Positions 1-10,021 of a stretch of DNA of 64,000 nucleotides are shown one piece after another. Position numbers and translations under genes: made by a program. Source of the stretch: Phycisphaeraceae bacterium (lineage in GTDB: Bacteria; Planctomycetota; Phycisphaerae; Phycisphaerales; Phycisphaeraceae); the NCBI GenBank assembly GCA_963674705.1, contig OY771506.1, forward strand, positions 3,872,001 to 3,936,000. Reading direction: 5' to 3'. A model generated the notes under the pieces. That model saw nothing but the letters and a program-made list of their open reading frames with translations. It made no database searches and was not told where the DNA came from. Every line of letters starts with the position of its first letter. Position 1 is the stretch's first letter.

Positions 1-293
1 GTTGGGAACTGCTTGGCGTTGAAGAAGTCGGGGCTGCGCAGGTGATCGTCGCGCTTGGTGTTGTTGGTGTCGATGCTGGCGACGGGGACGGTGAAGTCGA
101 ACGAGGCGTTGTCGCCGGTATCGAGCGAGCCGTTGATCTCGTTGAATCGGCCGTAGAAGTTGCTGATGTCCAGGTGTTTGACTTTAAAGACGACCGAGGT
201 GTGTACGGCATCTACCTGCCATGTATCGGCGAGGCTGGGCGAGGCAAAGGTCATGATGGCGAGGATCGCAGCCGCAAATAGGGACGTACGCAT
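1..293 (-). CDS. YceI family (polyisoprenoid-binding) periplasmic protein, 3' end runs off the window
   Basis: Not in ORF track. Manual translation from ATG 293: MRTSLFAAAILAIMTFASPSLADTWQVDAVHTSVVFKVKHLDISNFYGRF...ASIDTNNTKRDDHLRSPDFFNAKQFP. Signal peptide plus YceI motifs (W.vD..Ht, RD.HLrs.DFF); GGAG upstream. Confidence 0.9.
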   Translation of the reverse strand, partial: MRTSLFAAAILAIMTFASPSLADTWQVDAVHTSVVFKVKHLDISNFYGRFNEINGSLDTGDNASFDFTVPVASIDTNNTKRDDHLRSPDFFNAKQFP

Positions 294-466
294 GTTGAGT
301 CTCCGTGGTCTGGTTATGTATGATCTGATCGTTTTGGGAATTCAAGCCCTTGGTGAGTACGAACCGCCCGTGGCGTGAGGTTATTCCAATGATAGGTCTA
401 CGTTATGATATAGGCCACGGATCAATAAAGATTAGGCTTTACAGCACAACAGGAGGCATGAAAGCC

Positions 467-1168
467 ATGGAATGCACATCTAAAGGTATGCAAATCTTCA
501 AGTCTTTAACATTGAGTTTGTTGCTGACGGTTTTGTGTCTGCCGCTCGCTTCTTGCAGCAAGGTGTACTACGGCACGTGGGAAGCGCTGGGCGTACACAA
601 GCGCGACATCATGGTTGAGCGTGTGCAGGAAGCCCGCGACGATCAGGAAGAAGCCAAGGAGCAGTTTGCCTCGGCACTCGAAAAGTTCTCCGCGATGTTC
701 GAGTTCGAGGGCGGCGAGCTTGAGGATAAATACAAAGCGCTCAAAAGCGAGCTGGATGACAGCGAATCCAAGGCCGCCGCGGTCAAGGGGCGGATCGACT
801 CGGTTGAGAACGTGTCCGAAGCGCTTTTTGCAGAATGGACCTCAGAACTCGATCAGTACAGCAATGCCGACCTTCGGGCCGCCAGTGAGAAGCAGTTGCG
901 CCAGACGCGAAAGAAGTACGACCAAATGATCGCCGCGATGCGTAAGGCTGAAAGCAAGATGGAACCAGTGCTGGCGGCGTTCCGCGACCAGGTCTTGTTC
1001 CTCAAGCACAACCTCAACGCCCGAGCGATCGCCTCGATCGAAGGCACGGCCGGCGAACTGGAAACCGACGTCGCCCGCCTGATCGAAGAGATGGAGGCCT
1101 CGATCAAGGAGGCGGACGAATTCATCGCTTCAATGGGTCAAGCGGAAGAAGCTGAGCAAGCGGAATAA
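467..1168 (+). CDS. DUF2959-like helical lipoprotein
   Basis: Lipobox-like LASC followed by 'YY..WE.LGVHKRDIMV.RV..ARD.Q.EAKEQF.SAL' and 'DQVLFLKHNLNA.AI'. AGGAGG at 451-456; start 467 or 488. Confidence 0.75.
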   Translation: MECTSKGMQIFKSLTLSLLLTVLCLPLASCSKVYYGTWEALGVHKRDIMVERVQEARDDQEEAKEQFASALEKFSAMFEFEGGELEDKYKALKSELDDSESKAAAVKGRIDSVENVSEALFAEWTSELDQYSNADLRAASEKQLRQTRKKYDQMIAAMRKAESKMEPVLAAFRDQVLFLKHNLNARAIASIEGTAGELETDVARLIEEMEASIKEADEFIASMGQAEEAEQAE

Positions 1169-1171
1169 CGA

Positions 1172-2011
1172 TTACTTGCGACAGGTAAACACGCAGATAT
1201 CGCCCAGCTTGCGCAGTGGTGGGATGAAGCGCATCAACTCGTGGTCCAGGCGTTGCAGCTTCCAGACGAGGTTGAACCAGCGTTCGGGGATCACTCGGTA
1301 CAGGCGAAGCAGCAGCGAAAAGCGCTGGGTGGTTATATCATTGAACGTGCTGTTGAGTAGTGCAAGATCGCGGTGGTCGAGTTTACGCTCGTCGTCGGTG
1401 ATGTGTACGTGTTTATCGTATGACGTTTCGGTCGGGGCGATCTTACGCAGCAGCCTGGATTCGCGGATCACATCCAGCGCGGGAACGCGGATCGGCTCTT
1501 TGAAGATCGCGACGCCGCCCGGCTTTAGCACGCGTCTAACTTCTTTCAAGACGGCGCCGACTTCGACATGGTGCAGGATGTCAGTGCCGACGATCACATC
1601 GAAGTGGTTGTCGGGGTAGTCGAGTTTTTCAGCAGGCATCGTGCGGAAGTTGCAGCGGTCGGACAGGCCGTGCTGTTCGGCGAGGCGTTTGGCGACGTTG
1701 ATGTTGCCCGAGGAGATATCGAAGCCTTCGATTTGGTAGCCGAGTTTGGCGAACGTGACGCCAGCGACGCCCATCCCACAGCCGAAGTCGAGCAGGCGTT
1801 GGTCCTTGCTTTTGAATGCATCACGCACGAGACCGCAGACGTACCAGTACGGGCTCCAGGGCCGACGCTCATCATTGACAACGGGTGCGAAGTCGACCGA
1901 TTCGGGTGCGTTAAGCTGCGAGTACTGGTCATAGTAGGCCGTCTCACGCTGCTGGCGGTCGGTGAGTGTGGGTTCGGCGTGTGGTGCGGAGAGTGTACTC
2001 ATATGGCGCAA
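1172..2011 (-). CDS. Class I SAM-dependent methyltransferase
   Basis: Motif I LLDFGCGMG, GFDIS, FDVIVG.DILHH, RVLKPGG. Confidence 0.85.
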   Translation of the reverse strand: MRHMSTLSAPHAEPTLTDRQQRETAYYDQYSQLNAPESVDFAPVVNDERRPWSPYWYVCGLVRDAFKSKDQRLLDFGCGMGVAGVTFAKLGYQIEGFDISSGNINVAKRLAEQHGLSDRCNFRTMPAEKLDYPDNHFDVIVGTDILHHVEVGAVLKEVRRVLKPGGVAIFKEPIRVPALDVIRESRLLRKIAPTETSYDKHVHITDDERKLDHRDLALLNSTFNDITTQRFSLLLRLYRVIPERWFNLVWKLQRLDHELMRFIPPLRKLGDICVFTCRK

Positions 2012-2113
2012 TCTAAGCGGTAAATAAACTCGGTCTGTATGGATTGTCGGGGATGTAGGGAGTGGGCTTTAGTGCATGGTGAGGTTATCGGTTCATGAAA
2101 AGCAAATAGATAG

Positions 2114-2134
2114 CACTGAGCCGCAAGCGGCTTG
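2114..2134. repeat. REP-like palindrome (CACTGAGCCGCAAGCGGCTTG)
   Basis: Hairpin AGCCGC-AA-GCGGCT downstream of metH; 18/21 identical to 59310-59330. Confidence 0.5.
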
Positions 2135-2159
2135 TTGAGGGGCGTGGGTCCGGGATGCG

Positions 2160-5100
2160 TTACACGTTGAAGTACTTGGCGTCGGGGTGGTGGACGATGA
2201 TCGCGCTGGTCGACTGCTCGGGGTCGATCTGCCAGTTCTCGGTGAGTTTGCAGCCGATGCGTGACGGATCGATCAGGCGGAAGAGCTTCTCCTGGTCCGA
2301 CATTTCCGGGCAGGCGGGGTAGCCGAAGCTATAGCGTGAGCCGCGGTATTTTTGCGTGAACAGGTCGCGGATGTTGGGTGCATCATCGACGTCAATGCCT
2401 AATTCCTGCCGCATGCGTTTGTGCCAGAACTCAGCGAGGGCTTCGGCGGTCTCGACGCTCAGGCCATGCGTGTATAGGTAATCGGAGTAGTTGTCATCGG
2501 CAAAGAGCTTGGCGGTGAGTTCACTCGCCTTTTGGCCGACGGTGACGCACGACAAACCGAGCACATCTTTATCACCTGAACCGATCGGCTTGAAGAAGTC
2601 GCTGATGCACAGATGTTTTCGGCCGTCCTGACGTGGGAAGCTGAAGCGTTCGATCTCGCGGTCGTGATTTTCCGCATCGTAGACGATCAGATCGTCGCCG
2701 TCGCTGTTGCAGGGGAAGTAGCCGTAGACAACCTTTGGCACGAGAACCCCGTCATCCTTAAGCTGCTGCTTGAGCTTGTTGAACAGCGGTTCGACTTCAT
2801 CCTCAAGCTGCTGTGCGTATTCCTCATCACTCTTTCGTCCCTTCTTGAGTTGCCACTGTCCGCGGAAGAGGGCGACCTCGTTGATGTAGGGATACACCTT
2901 GTCGAGGTCGATCTTTTCGACGACGCGGGACCCGAAGAAGGGGGCGGTGGGGATGTTGGGCGCGGGTGCGAGTGTGGGGCGTACTGCGGTTGCAGTTGCG
3001 GAGCCGGGCGATGTATCGCCCTCGGCCTTGGCGGATTTTGCTGCCAGGGCGCGGGCTTCGCTGTCGGCTCGTTTGGTGAGTCTTGATTCTATCTCGGCGT
3101 CGAGTTCGTCGGCTTTGCCGCCCTTGAGGTAGTCCATGATGCGCAGGCCCTCGAAGGCGTCTTTGCCGTGATAGACCTTGCCGTTGTAAACCTCGCGCAG
3201 GTGGCTGTCGCAGTAATGTTTGCTCAGCGCGGCTCCACCTAAAAGCATCGGGACATTGATGCCCAGGTCGTTCAGCTCGCGCAGGTTGTCTTCCATGACC
3301 GTCACGCTCTTGACGAGCAGGCCGGACAGACCGATCGCGTCTGCTTTGGTTTCTTTCCAGGCGTTGACGATGTTGTTGATCGGCTGCTTGATGCCGATGT
3401 TGTGCACGGTGTAGCCGTTGTTGGTCAGGATGATGTCGACGAGGTTCTTGCCGATGTCATGGACGTCGCCCTTGACGGTGGCGAGGACGATCGAGCCTTT
3501 GGTCTGGCCCTCTACTTTCTCCATGTGTGGCTCGAGATGCGATACCGCCATCTTCATGACTTCCGCGCTTTGGAGCACGAAAGGTAACTGCATCTGGCCC
3601 GATCCGAACAATTCGCCGACGACTTTCATCCCCGCGAGCAGGTGATCGTTGACGATCTCCAGCGGCTTGTACTTCTGCATCGCTTCGTCGAGCGTTTCGG
3701 GCAACCCCTTCTTTTCGCCGTCGATGATGTGCTTCTGCAATCGTTCTTCAAGTGGTAGTGCTGAGATATCTTCCTTCGCGCTTTGCAGCTTCGCATCGGC
3801 TGGGAACAGGTCGATAAATATCTGCAAGGGGTCGCTGCTCATCGCGCTGTCGGAGAGCTTGACCGCCTCGGTCGGGACGCGGTCGTAGATCAGGTTCAAT
3901 GCAGCCTGCCACAGTTCATCATCAATCTTTGTGCGCGGCAGGATCTTGGATACGTGCAGGATCGCACTGGTCATGCCCGCTTCGACCAATTCATGCAGGA
4001 AAACGCTGTTTAGCACTTGGCGTGCCGCGGGATTGAGCCCGAAGCTAACGTTGCTCAGGCCGCAGGTGATCTGGCACTGAGGGAACTTTTCAGCGATCCG
4101 GCGTGTGCCTTCGATGGTTTCCAGCGCACTGCGGCGGTCCTTCTCCATGCCGGTGGAGATCGGCAGTACAAGCGGGTCGAACACGAGATCGCAGGCTGCA
4201 AGGCCGTACTTTTCGGTCGCAAGCTTGTACATGCGCTCGGCGATCGCGATCTTGCGGTCGGCGGTACGGGCCATCGCCTCTTCCGGGTCTTCATCGATCG
4301 TGCCTAGCACGAGCCCCGCACCGTATTTTTTGGCAAGCTCACACATCACCGCGAACTTCTCTTCGCCTTCTTCAAGGTTGGCGGAGTTAATGATGCACTT
4401 GCCGCCCGCTCGTTTGAGTCCGGCCTCGATCGTCGCCGGTTGCGTGGAGTCGAGCATCATTGGGGCGTTGACCTGCTGAACGAGCCTGCCGACGACTTCC
4501 TGCATATCTTTGCAGTTATTGCGCCCGGCGTAGTCGACATTCACATCGACCACGTGCGAACCTTCACGCACCATCTCACGCGCCAGGCTCATGATCTCGT
4601 CCCAGTTTTCCTCTTCGAGCAGGCGTTTGAATTTACGCGAACCTGAAGCGTTCGTGCGTTCGCCGATATTAAGGATCGAGTTGTCCTGCCGATATTCGAC
4701 CGCGCCCATCAGTGAAGAAACTGCGGGTTTCCAAGGCGTATTCTCGATTGAAACAGGCGCACGGTTACCGACTTGCTTGACCAGTTCGGCGATATGCTCG
4801 GGCGTGGTGCCGCAGCAACCGCCAACGATATTCAGGCCGCTGGTCCGGACGTACTCCGCGACTTTCTTGGCGAACGGTTCGGGGCCGAGGGGGTATTCTG
4901 TCTGGCCGTTGACGAGCGTGGGCAGGCCGGCGTTGGGCAGCAGGCTTAGTTTGCCGTGCCAGTTCTTAGCTAGGTAATGGATGTGCTCAGCCATCTCGAC
5001 GGGGCCGGTCGCACAGTTCATCCCAAGCGAGATGATCGGGAGATCTCGCAACGCCGCTGCTACGCCCGCGATATCCGTGCCGATGAGCGTCGTGCCGAAC

Positions 5101-5690
5101 GATTCGATTGTGACCTGCACCATGATCGGCACGTCCGCGACGCTCTTATTGCGCTCCTTGAGTGCTTCGACACATGCGTTGATCGTGCACTTGACCTGCA
5201 GGATGTCTTGCGCGGTTTCGATCAGGAAGACATCGATGTTGCCATCGAGCAGGCCACGCGCCTGTTCGAGGTAGCTGGCGAACATGGTGTCCCAGTCGGT
5301 GTTACCGAGCGAAACGAGCTTGGTGCCCGGCCCGATCGAGCCGACGACGAAGCGCGGCTTGTCGCTGGTGGAGTGTTTTTCACAGGCAGCGCGGGCGACC
5401 TCGGCAGCGATCCTGTTCAATTCTCGCGTCTGCTCCACGAGATCGAACTCAGCGAAGACCAGCTTGTTGGCGCCGAACGTGTCCGTCTCGACCGCGTCCG
5501 AACCAACCGCCAGGAACGATTCGTGGATCTGCTGGATCACATCCGGACGGGTTTGGACAAGGATTTCGGTGCAATTTTCCTTGCCCAGGTAGTCCTTATC
5601 CAGGTCCAGATCGTACTTGTGGATGCTGGTTCCCATGGCCCCATCGAGGAACAGGACGCGTTTTTCGAGTTGTTTTGCGAAGTTGCTCAT
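2160..5690 (-). CDS. metH: Cobalamin-dependent methionine synthase
   Basis: LDGAMGT, GMNCATGP, GGCCGTTP (Hcy/Zn domain), IGERTN (pterin domain), KGDVHDIGKNLV (B12 DxHxxG motif), RYSFGYPACP (reactivation domain). Start set at ATG 5690 (MSNFAKQ). Confidence 0.97.
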   Translation of the reverse strand: MSNFAKQLEKRVLFLDGAMGTSIHKYDLDLDKDYLGKENCTEILVQTRPDVIQQIHESFLAVGSDAVETDTFGANKLVFAEFDLVEQTRELNRIAAEVARAACEKHSTSDKPRFVVGSIGPGTKLVSLGNTDWDTMFASYLEQARGLLDGNIDVFLIETAQDILQVKCTINACVEALKERNKSVADVPIMVQVTIESFGTTLIGTDIAGVAAALRDLPIISLGMNCATGPVEMAEHIHYLAKNWHGKLSLLPNAGLPTLVNGQTEYPLGPEPFAKKVAEYVRTSGLNIVGGCCGTTPEHIAELVKQVGNRAPVSIENTPWKPAVSSLMGAVEYRQDNSILNIGERTNASGSRKFKRLLEEENWDEIMSLAREMVREGSHVVDVNVDYAGRNNCKDMQEVVGRLVQQVNAPMMLDSTQPATIEAGLKRAGGKCIINSANLEEGEEKFAVMCELAKKYGAGLVLGTIDEDPEEAMARTADRKIAIAERMYKLATEKYGLAACDLVFDPLVLPISTGMEKDRRSALETIEGTRRIAEKFPQCQITCGLSNVSFGLNPAARQVLNSVFLHELVEAGMTSAILHVSKILPRTKIDDELWQAALNLIYDRVPTEAVKLSDSAMSSDPLQIFIDLFPADAKLQSAKEDISALPLEERLQKHIIDGEKKGLPETLDEAMQKYKPLEIVNDHLLAGMKVVGELFGSGQMQLPFVLQSAEVMKMAVSHLEPHMEKVEGQTKGSIVLATVKGDVHDIGKNLVDIILTNNGYTVHNIGIKQPINNIVNAWKETKADAIGLSGLLVKSVTVMEDNLRELNDLGINVPMLLGGAALSKHYCDSHLREVYNGKVYHGKDAFEGLRIMDYLKGGKADELDAEIESRLTKRADSEARALAAKSAKAEGDTSPGSATATAVRPTLAPAPNIPTAPFFGSRVVEKIDLDKVYPYINEVALFRGQWQLKKGRKSDEEYAQQLEDEVEPLFNKLKQQLKDDGVLVPKVVYGYFPCNSDGDDLIVYDAENHDREIERFSFPRQDGRKHLCISDFFKPIGSGDKDVLGLSCVTVGQKASELTAKLFADDNYSDYLYTHGLSVETAEALAEFWHKRMRQELGIDVDDAPNIRDLFTQKYRGSRYSFGYPACPEMSDQEKLFRLIDPSRIGCKLTENWQIDPEQSTSAIIVHHPDAKYFNV

Positions 5691-5696
5691 ATATCC

Positions 5697-5712
5697 ATCC
5701 ATATATCCGGAT
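5697..5712. promoter_or_regulatory. Candidate SahR-type operator (ATC-N10-GAT palindrome) at the metH start
   Basis: ATCCATATATCCGGAT immediately upstream of the metH ATG. Confidence 0.3.
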
Positions 5713-5848
5713 AAACAGATAATACAAATGGCCGGCACTAAAGGCAAATGTCGGATCATTGTACGGGCCGCATAATCAGTCGCTAACACACAGCTGGCCG
5801 ATACTTACTATCTTATCCGCCTGATACCATGACCAAAGAGAGACCGAA

Positions 5849-6778
5849 ATGACGTGGTGGCAAGCGATTATCTTAGGCATTGTGGAGGGGCTGACGGAGT
5901 ATCTGCCGGTCAGCTCGACAGGTCACCTGCTGGTGGTCCAGGAGCTTTTGGGCGTGGGGACGGGGTCTACGGAGGCCAAGGCGGCGGCCAATGCGTATGC
6001 GATCTGTATCCAGGCGGGGGCGATTATCGCCGTGCTCGGGCTGTACTGGCGGCGGGTGCGGCAGTGCTGTGTCGGCTGGGTGGGGAAGGTAGGGCTTGGT
6101 GAGGGGGATCCAGCGGGCTTCCGGATCGGTCTGAACCTGATCGTGGCGTTTTTGCCGGCAGCGGTCATCGGGCTGATCTTCGACGACATGATCGAGGAGA
6201 AGCTGTTCGGCAACTGGCCGGTCGTTATCGCCTGGCTGGTCGGCGGGGTGGCGATCCTGGCGGTCGCCAAGTGGAAGCAGTCACGCGATCACGATGAGCA
6301 CGTCGGCAGCGACCTGGATCTGATGAACTGGCGGATGGCGCTGGCGGTGGGATTGATCCAGTGCATCGCGATGTGGCCCGGCACGAGCCGATCTCTGGTG
6401 ACTATCGTCGGCGGCATGCTGGTGGGTTTATCGCTGGCTGCGGCGGTGGAGTTCAGCTTCCTGCTGGGCGTGATCACATTATGCGCCGCCACGTTCTACA
6501 AGGCTGTGCTCGATACCGCCAACATCACGGTTAATGGCGAAGAAAAAGAGGTCATGATGATGCTGGCGATGGCCAAGCATTACGGCTGGGGACCGATGCT
6601 CATCGGCAGCGTCGCCGCGTGGATTTCAGCACTGGCAGCAGTTACGTGGATGGTAAGCTACCTCAAGAAGCACGGCATGGCGATCTTCGGCTACTACCGC
6701 ATCGCGATCGGCATCATCGTCGCGGTGATGCTTCTCATGGATTGGATCGGCACGGGGGATGTCACTACGACGCCTTGA
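5849..6778 (+). CDS. uppP: Undecaprenyl-diphosphate phosphatase (BacA)
   Basis: GIVEGLTEYLPVSSTGH, PGTSRS, AVEFSFLL, FGYYRI motifs. Confidence 0.95.
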   Translation: MTWWQAIILGIVEGLTEYLPVSSTGHLLVVQELLGVGTGSTEAKAAANAYAICIQAGAIIAVLGLYWRRVRQCCVGWVGKVGLGEGDPAGFRIGLNLIVAFLPAAVIGLIFDDMIEEKLFGNWPVVIAWLVGGVAILAVAKWKQSRDHDEHVGSDLDLMNWRMALAVGLIQCIAMWPGTSRSLVTIVGGMLVGLSLAAAVEFSFLLGVITLCAATFYKAVLDTANITVNGEEKEVMMMLAMAKHYGWGPMLIGSVAAWISALAAVTWMVSYLKKHGMAIFGYYRIAIGIIVAVMLLMDWIGTGDVTTTP

Positions 6779-7844
6779 TGATGCTTTCTTCAAGGTCCGG
6801 ATTATCCGATCGGCTTTGAGCGAAGTTATTATTGACCTTGATCGGTCCGCTTGCTTTTGCCGCCTCCAAGACAACCTCGGCGCAGCGCTGCCACGAGTTT
6901 TCCAAGGCATACTCACGGCAGGCTTGCGGATCGACTTTCAACGCATCAATGCAGGCTTGACGCAGGTCGTGATTGAGCGAGCCGGTGACACCTTGCTTGA
7001 CGACGTCGATCGGCCCGGTAACGGGGTACGCGGCGACAGGCAGGCCGCAGGCGTTGGCTTCGAGCATGACGACGCCGAACGTATCGGTACGACTGGGGAA
7101 GACAAACACATCCGCGCTGGCGTAGTGCCGGCCGAGGTCTTCGCCGAACTGATAGCCCGCCCAATGGACGTTCGGGTATTGCCGTTGCAGTTTATCACGC
7201 ACCGGTCCGTCGCCGACCACGACCATGCTGCCGGGCAGGTCCAGTTCTAGGAACGCTTCGATGTTCTTTTCCACCGCGACGCGGCCGGCATAGAGGAAGA
7301 TCGGCCGAGGCAGGTCGGCAAAGAGTGTCTTTTCGTATGGTTGGAACGTCTTGGTATCCACGCCACGGCACCAGACTTCCACGTTGTTCAGCCCGTTGGC
7401 GTTGAGCTGCTCACCAACTGTTTTCGTCGGCACGAGCACGGTCCTTGCCCGGCCGTGGAACCAGCGGATGAAGCGGTACGTCAGGAAAGTGGGGAGGCCA
7501 AAGTAGGCCTTCAGGTATTGCGGGAACTGCGTGTGGTATGACGTCGTGAACTCGATGTTGTTCTTCAGGCAAAATTTTCGTCCGGCTTGGCCGATCGGGC
7601 CTTCGGTGGCGATATGAATCGCGTCAGGTTGGTACGCCACGATTAATTGCTTGACCTTCTTGTACGGACGCCAAGCCATCTGGATTTCCGGATAGCGAGG
7701 CGCCTTGTAAGTCTTGAACAGGCCCGGGTGGATCACATCAAAGTCGTGACCCATCTGCATGGACGCATCGATCACGTGGTCCCACGTGCGGACGACACCA
7801 TTGACCTGGGGTTTCCAGGCATCGGTCAGAAGTGTGATTTTCAA
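6765..7844 (-). CDS. GT4 glycosyltransferase, Agt-like (diacylglycerol glycosyl/glucuronosyltransferase)
   Basis: TDAWKPQVNGVVRT, IHIATEGPIG, TSYHT.FP.Y, FPSRTDTFGVV.LEA.ACG. Its start overlaps the upstream phosphoesterase stop by 4 bp. Confidence 0.85.
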   Translation of the reverse strand: MKITLLTDAWKPQVNGVVRTWDHVIDASMQMGHDFDVIHPGLFKTYKAPRYPEIQMAWRPYKKVKQLIVAYQPDAIHIATEGPIGQAGRKFCLKNNIEFTTSYHTQFPQYLKAYFGLPTFLTYRFIRWFHGRARTVLVPTKTVGEQLNANGLNNVEVWCRGVDTKTFQPYEKTLFADLPRPIFLYAGRVAVEKNIEAFLELDLPGSMVVVGDGPVRDKLQRQYPNVHWAGYQFGEDLGRHYASADVFVFPSRTDTFGVVMLEANACGLPVAAYPVTGPIDVVKQGVTGSLNHDLRQACIDALKVDPQACREYALENSWQRCAEVVLEAAKASGPIKVNNNFAQSRSDNPDLEESIIKAS

Positions 7845-8734
7845 GAGAACCGTCCTTGGACTGAGGCTTCGCCGAAGGTCAAAGGCTCGGGGTCATAACC
7901 AGCCAAGCGGTCGTGATCCCAGCGGATCAATTCATCCAGGTTCGGCTCATCGGGCATGTGCAGGTGAGGCTGCTTATCCTGGGCGATCACATGCTCAACC
8001 GCATCGATCCCGTCCAGCAGTTCGATCCGGCCGTCGTGATGTTCGACCAGGGCACTGCAGCTTTCGACCCAGTCGCCACAGTTGTAGTACTCAATATCAT
8101 CATCGGTGCGTATCTCGGGTTTGTGGATGTGGCCGCAGACCACGCCGTCCAGATCGCGGTTGACCGCCTCTTGGATCAGCGCATCTTCGAACCGGCTCAT
8201 GAACATGCAGGCGCTCTTGACCTTCATCTTGATGGCCTTGGAAAGCGAAACCGATGGCCTGCCCATCCGGGCACGTACGCCGTTGACCCAGCGATTCATC
8301 GTGACCAGCGATTCATATGCAGTGCTACCGAGCATCGAGACGAGTCGGGAGTGCTTGACGACCAGGTCGTACTGATCGCCGTGCGTTACCAGCAGTTTTC
8401 GACCGTCTGCGGTGATGTGGATGGCGTAGGGAAGCACGCGGATGCCGCCGAATTCCAGGTGCAGGAACTGGCGTGCACCTTCATCATGATTGCCGGGGAT
8501 GAAGATGACATCTGTGCCGTGCTTGGTGTGGTTGAGCAGTCGTCGGATGACGTTGTTGTGCTCGCCGGGCCAGTACCAGCGGCTGCGCAACCGCCACATG
8601 TCGACGATGTCGCCGACGAGGTAGAGGCGCTGGCATCGGATGTGCTTGATGAAACGCGACAAGTGTGCGGCCTGAGCGCTGCGGCTGCCGAGGTGTGCGT
8701 CGCTGATCCAAACGGTACGGTAATTTAAAGGCAT
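7841..8734 (-). CDS. Metallophosphoesterase, PlcP-like phospholipase C (often annotated UDP-2,3-diacylglucosamine hydrolase)
   Basis: ISDAHLG, LVGDIVD.W, PGNHDE, HGDQYD, CGHIH, N.GDWVESC.ALVEH.DG. Start set at ATG 8734. Confidence 0.85.
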   Translation of the reverse strand: MPLNYRTVWISDAHLGSRSAQAAHLSRFIKHIRCQRLYLVGDIVDMWRLRSRWYWPGEHNNVIRRLLNHTKHGTDVIFIPGNHDEGARQFLHLEFGGIRVLPYAIHITADGRKLLVTHGDQYDLVVKHSRLVSMLGSTAYESLVTMNRWVNGVRARMGRPSVSLSKAIKMKVKSACMFMSRFEDALIQEAVNRDLDGVVCGHIHKPEIRTDDDIEYYNCGDWVESCSALVEHHDGRIELLDGIDAVEHVIAQDKQPHLHMPDEPNLDELIRWDHDRLAGYDPEPLTFGEASVQGRFS

Positions 8735-8889
8735 AGCCAAAGCCCGGGGAGGGAATGAACAGACGTCCAGATCGGCCTCCTTGCCGACCAACATATCCCC
8801 TGTTCTTGGCGGGATTATCGGCACCGCGCGCAAGGGATAAGTCAGGACTTGGCTAGCGATTGGTTATGAGAGGAATAATTGCCGGTTAA

Positions 8890-9864
8890 TCAAGGCTCTA
8901 ACAGAACCTTAATGTTGTCCGAATGCTTGGCGGCCTTGAGAGCGTCCACCCCGTCGGCCAACTTCATGCGGCGACTGATCAGGCTGACGACATCCACCTT
9001 CTGGCTGGAAAGTAATGCCAGCGCTTCGCCGAACGGGCCGCAGCGGCTGCCGATGAGGTTGATCTCGTTAACGACCAGCGGTGAAAGGTCGATCGGGTCT
9101 TTGCCGGTTTGCGGTGCGACGGTGGTTTTCATCACCAGCGTGCCGCGCGGCCGGACCATACCCATCGCTGCAACGAGGCCCTCAGAAGAGCCCGTGCAGT
9201 CGACGACGATGTCCTGGTCATTACGCAGGCCGACATCTTCGAGCAGGCGGTGCTTGACGCCCCATTTTTCGCAGAGCTGGAGTTTCTCGGCGTGCTTGCC
9301 GACGCAGCGGACCGTGGCGTTAAGTTGGCTCATCACCTGGGCGCAGAGCAGGCCAAGGCGGCCGTCACCTAGCACGGTGATGTAAGGGCGGCCCTCGATC
9401 GTCAGTTGCCGCAGGATCTGGCACGCGGCGGCGAGTGGCTCGGTGAAGACGGCGTTGTCGTCGTCGATATTCTCAGGCACTTCGATCAGGTTCAGCGTCG
9501 GCAGGGTGAACAATTCGGCGAAGCAGCCGTCGCGGTTGGCGATGCCAAGGACCGTGCGTTCACGGCAATGTTCGCGCAGACCAGACTTGCACATGTCGCA
9601 ACCGCCACAGACGCAGTTGATTGTGCCGACGACGCGCTTGCCGACCCACTTGCTGTCCTTGCGTTCGGCGACGGATTCGACGACGCCGACGAACTCATGG
9701 CCGAGCACGCCGGTGAAGCCCATGTAGCCTTTGCAGATTTCAAGGTCTGTCGAGCAGACGCCCATAAGCGTCGGGCGGATCATGGCGTCGCCGGGTCTGA
9801 GGACCGGTTCGTCTCGATTGGCTTCGATCTGGGGCTGCTTGCTGTCGAACGTCAGTGCTAACAC
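8890..9864 (-). CDS. Zn-dependent medium-chain dehydrogenase/reductase
   Basis: GVCSTD, GHEFVG, structural Zn CGGCDMC..G...HC, GDGRLG. Confidence 0.9.
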   Translation of the reverse strand: MLALTFDSKQPQIEANRDEPVLRPGDAMIRPTLMGVCSTDLEICKGYMGFTGVLGHEFVGVVESVAERKDSKWVGKRVVGTINCVCGGCDMCKSGLREHCRERTVLGIANRDGCFAELFTLPTLNLIEVPENIDDDNAVFTEPLAAACQILRQLTIEGRPYITVLGDGRLGLLCAQVMSQLNATVRCVGKHAEKLQLCEKWGVKHRLLEDVGLRNDQDIVVDCTGSSEGLVAAMGMVRPRGTLVMKTTVAPQTGKDPIDLSPLVVNEINLIGSRCGPFGEALALLSSQKVDVVSLISRRMKLADGVDALKAAKHSDNIKVLLEP

Positions 9865-10021
9865 GATAGGGCGGTTCTCGTTGGGGGCGGGTCGTTGTAA
9901 CCGGGGTGGACCTGTACAGTTGCAGGTACACTAAGGCATAATGTTATCATCGGCTAAATCCCGGCTGGACAATACTATGGAGGCTGGCCTACCGTAGCGT
10001 AAGGCGGTATAAAACAAGCGT

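Noticed and set aside
8735..8889. Pho box upstream of the plcP-like gene
   Set aside because: Only a single weak CTCTCAT half-site; no 11-bp tandem repeat.
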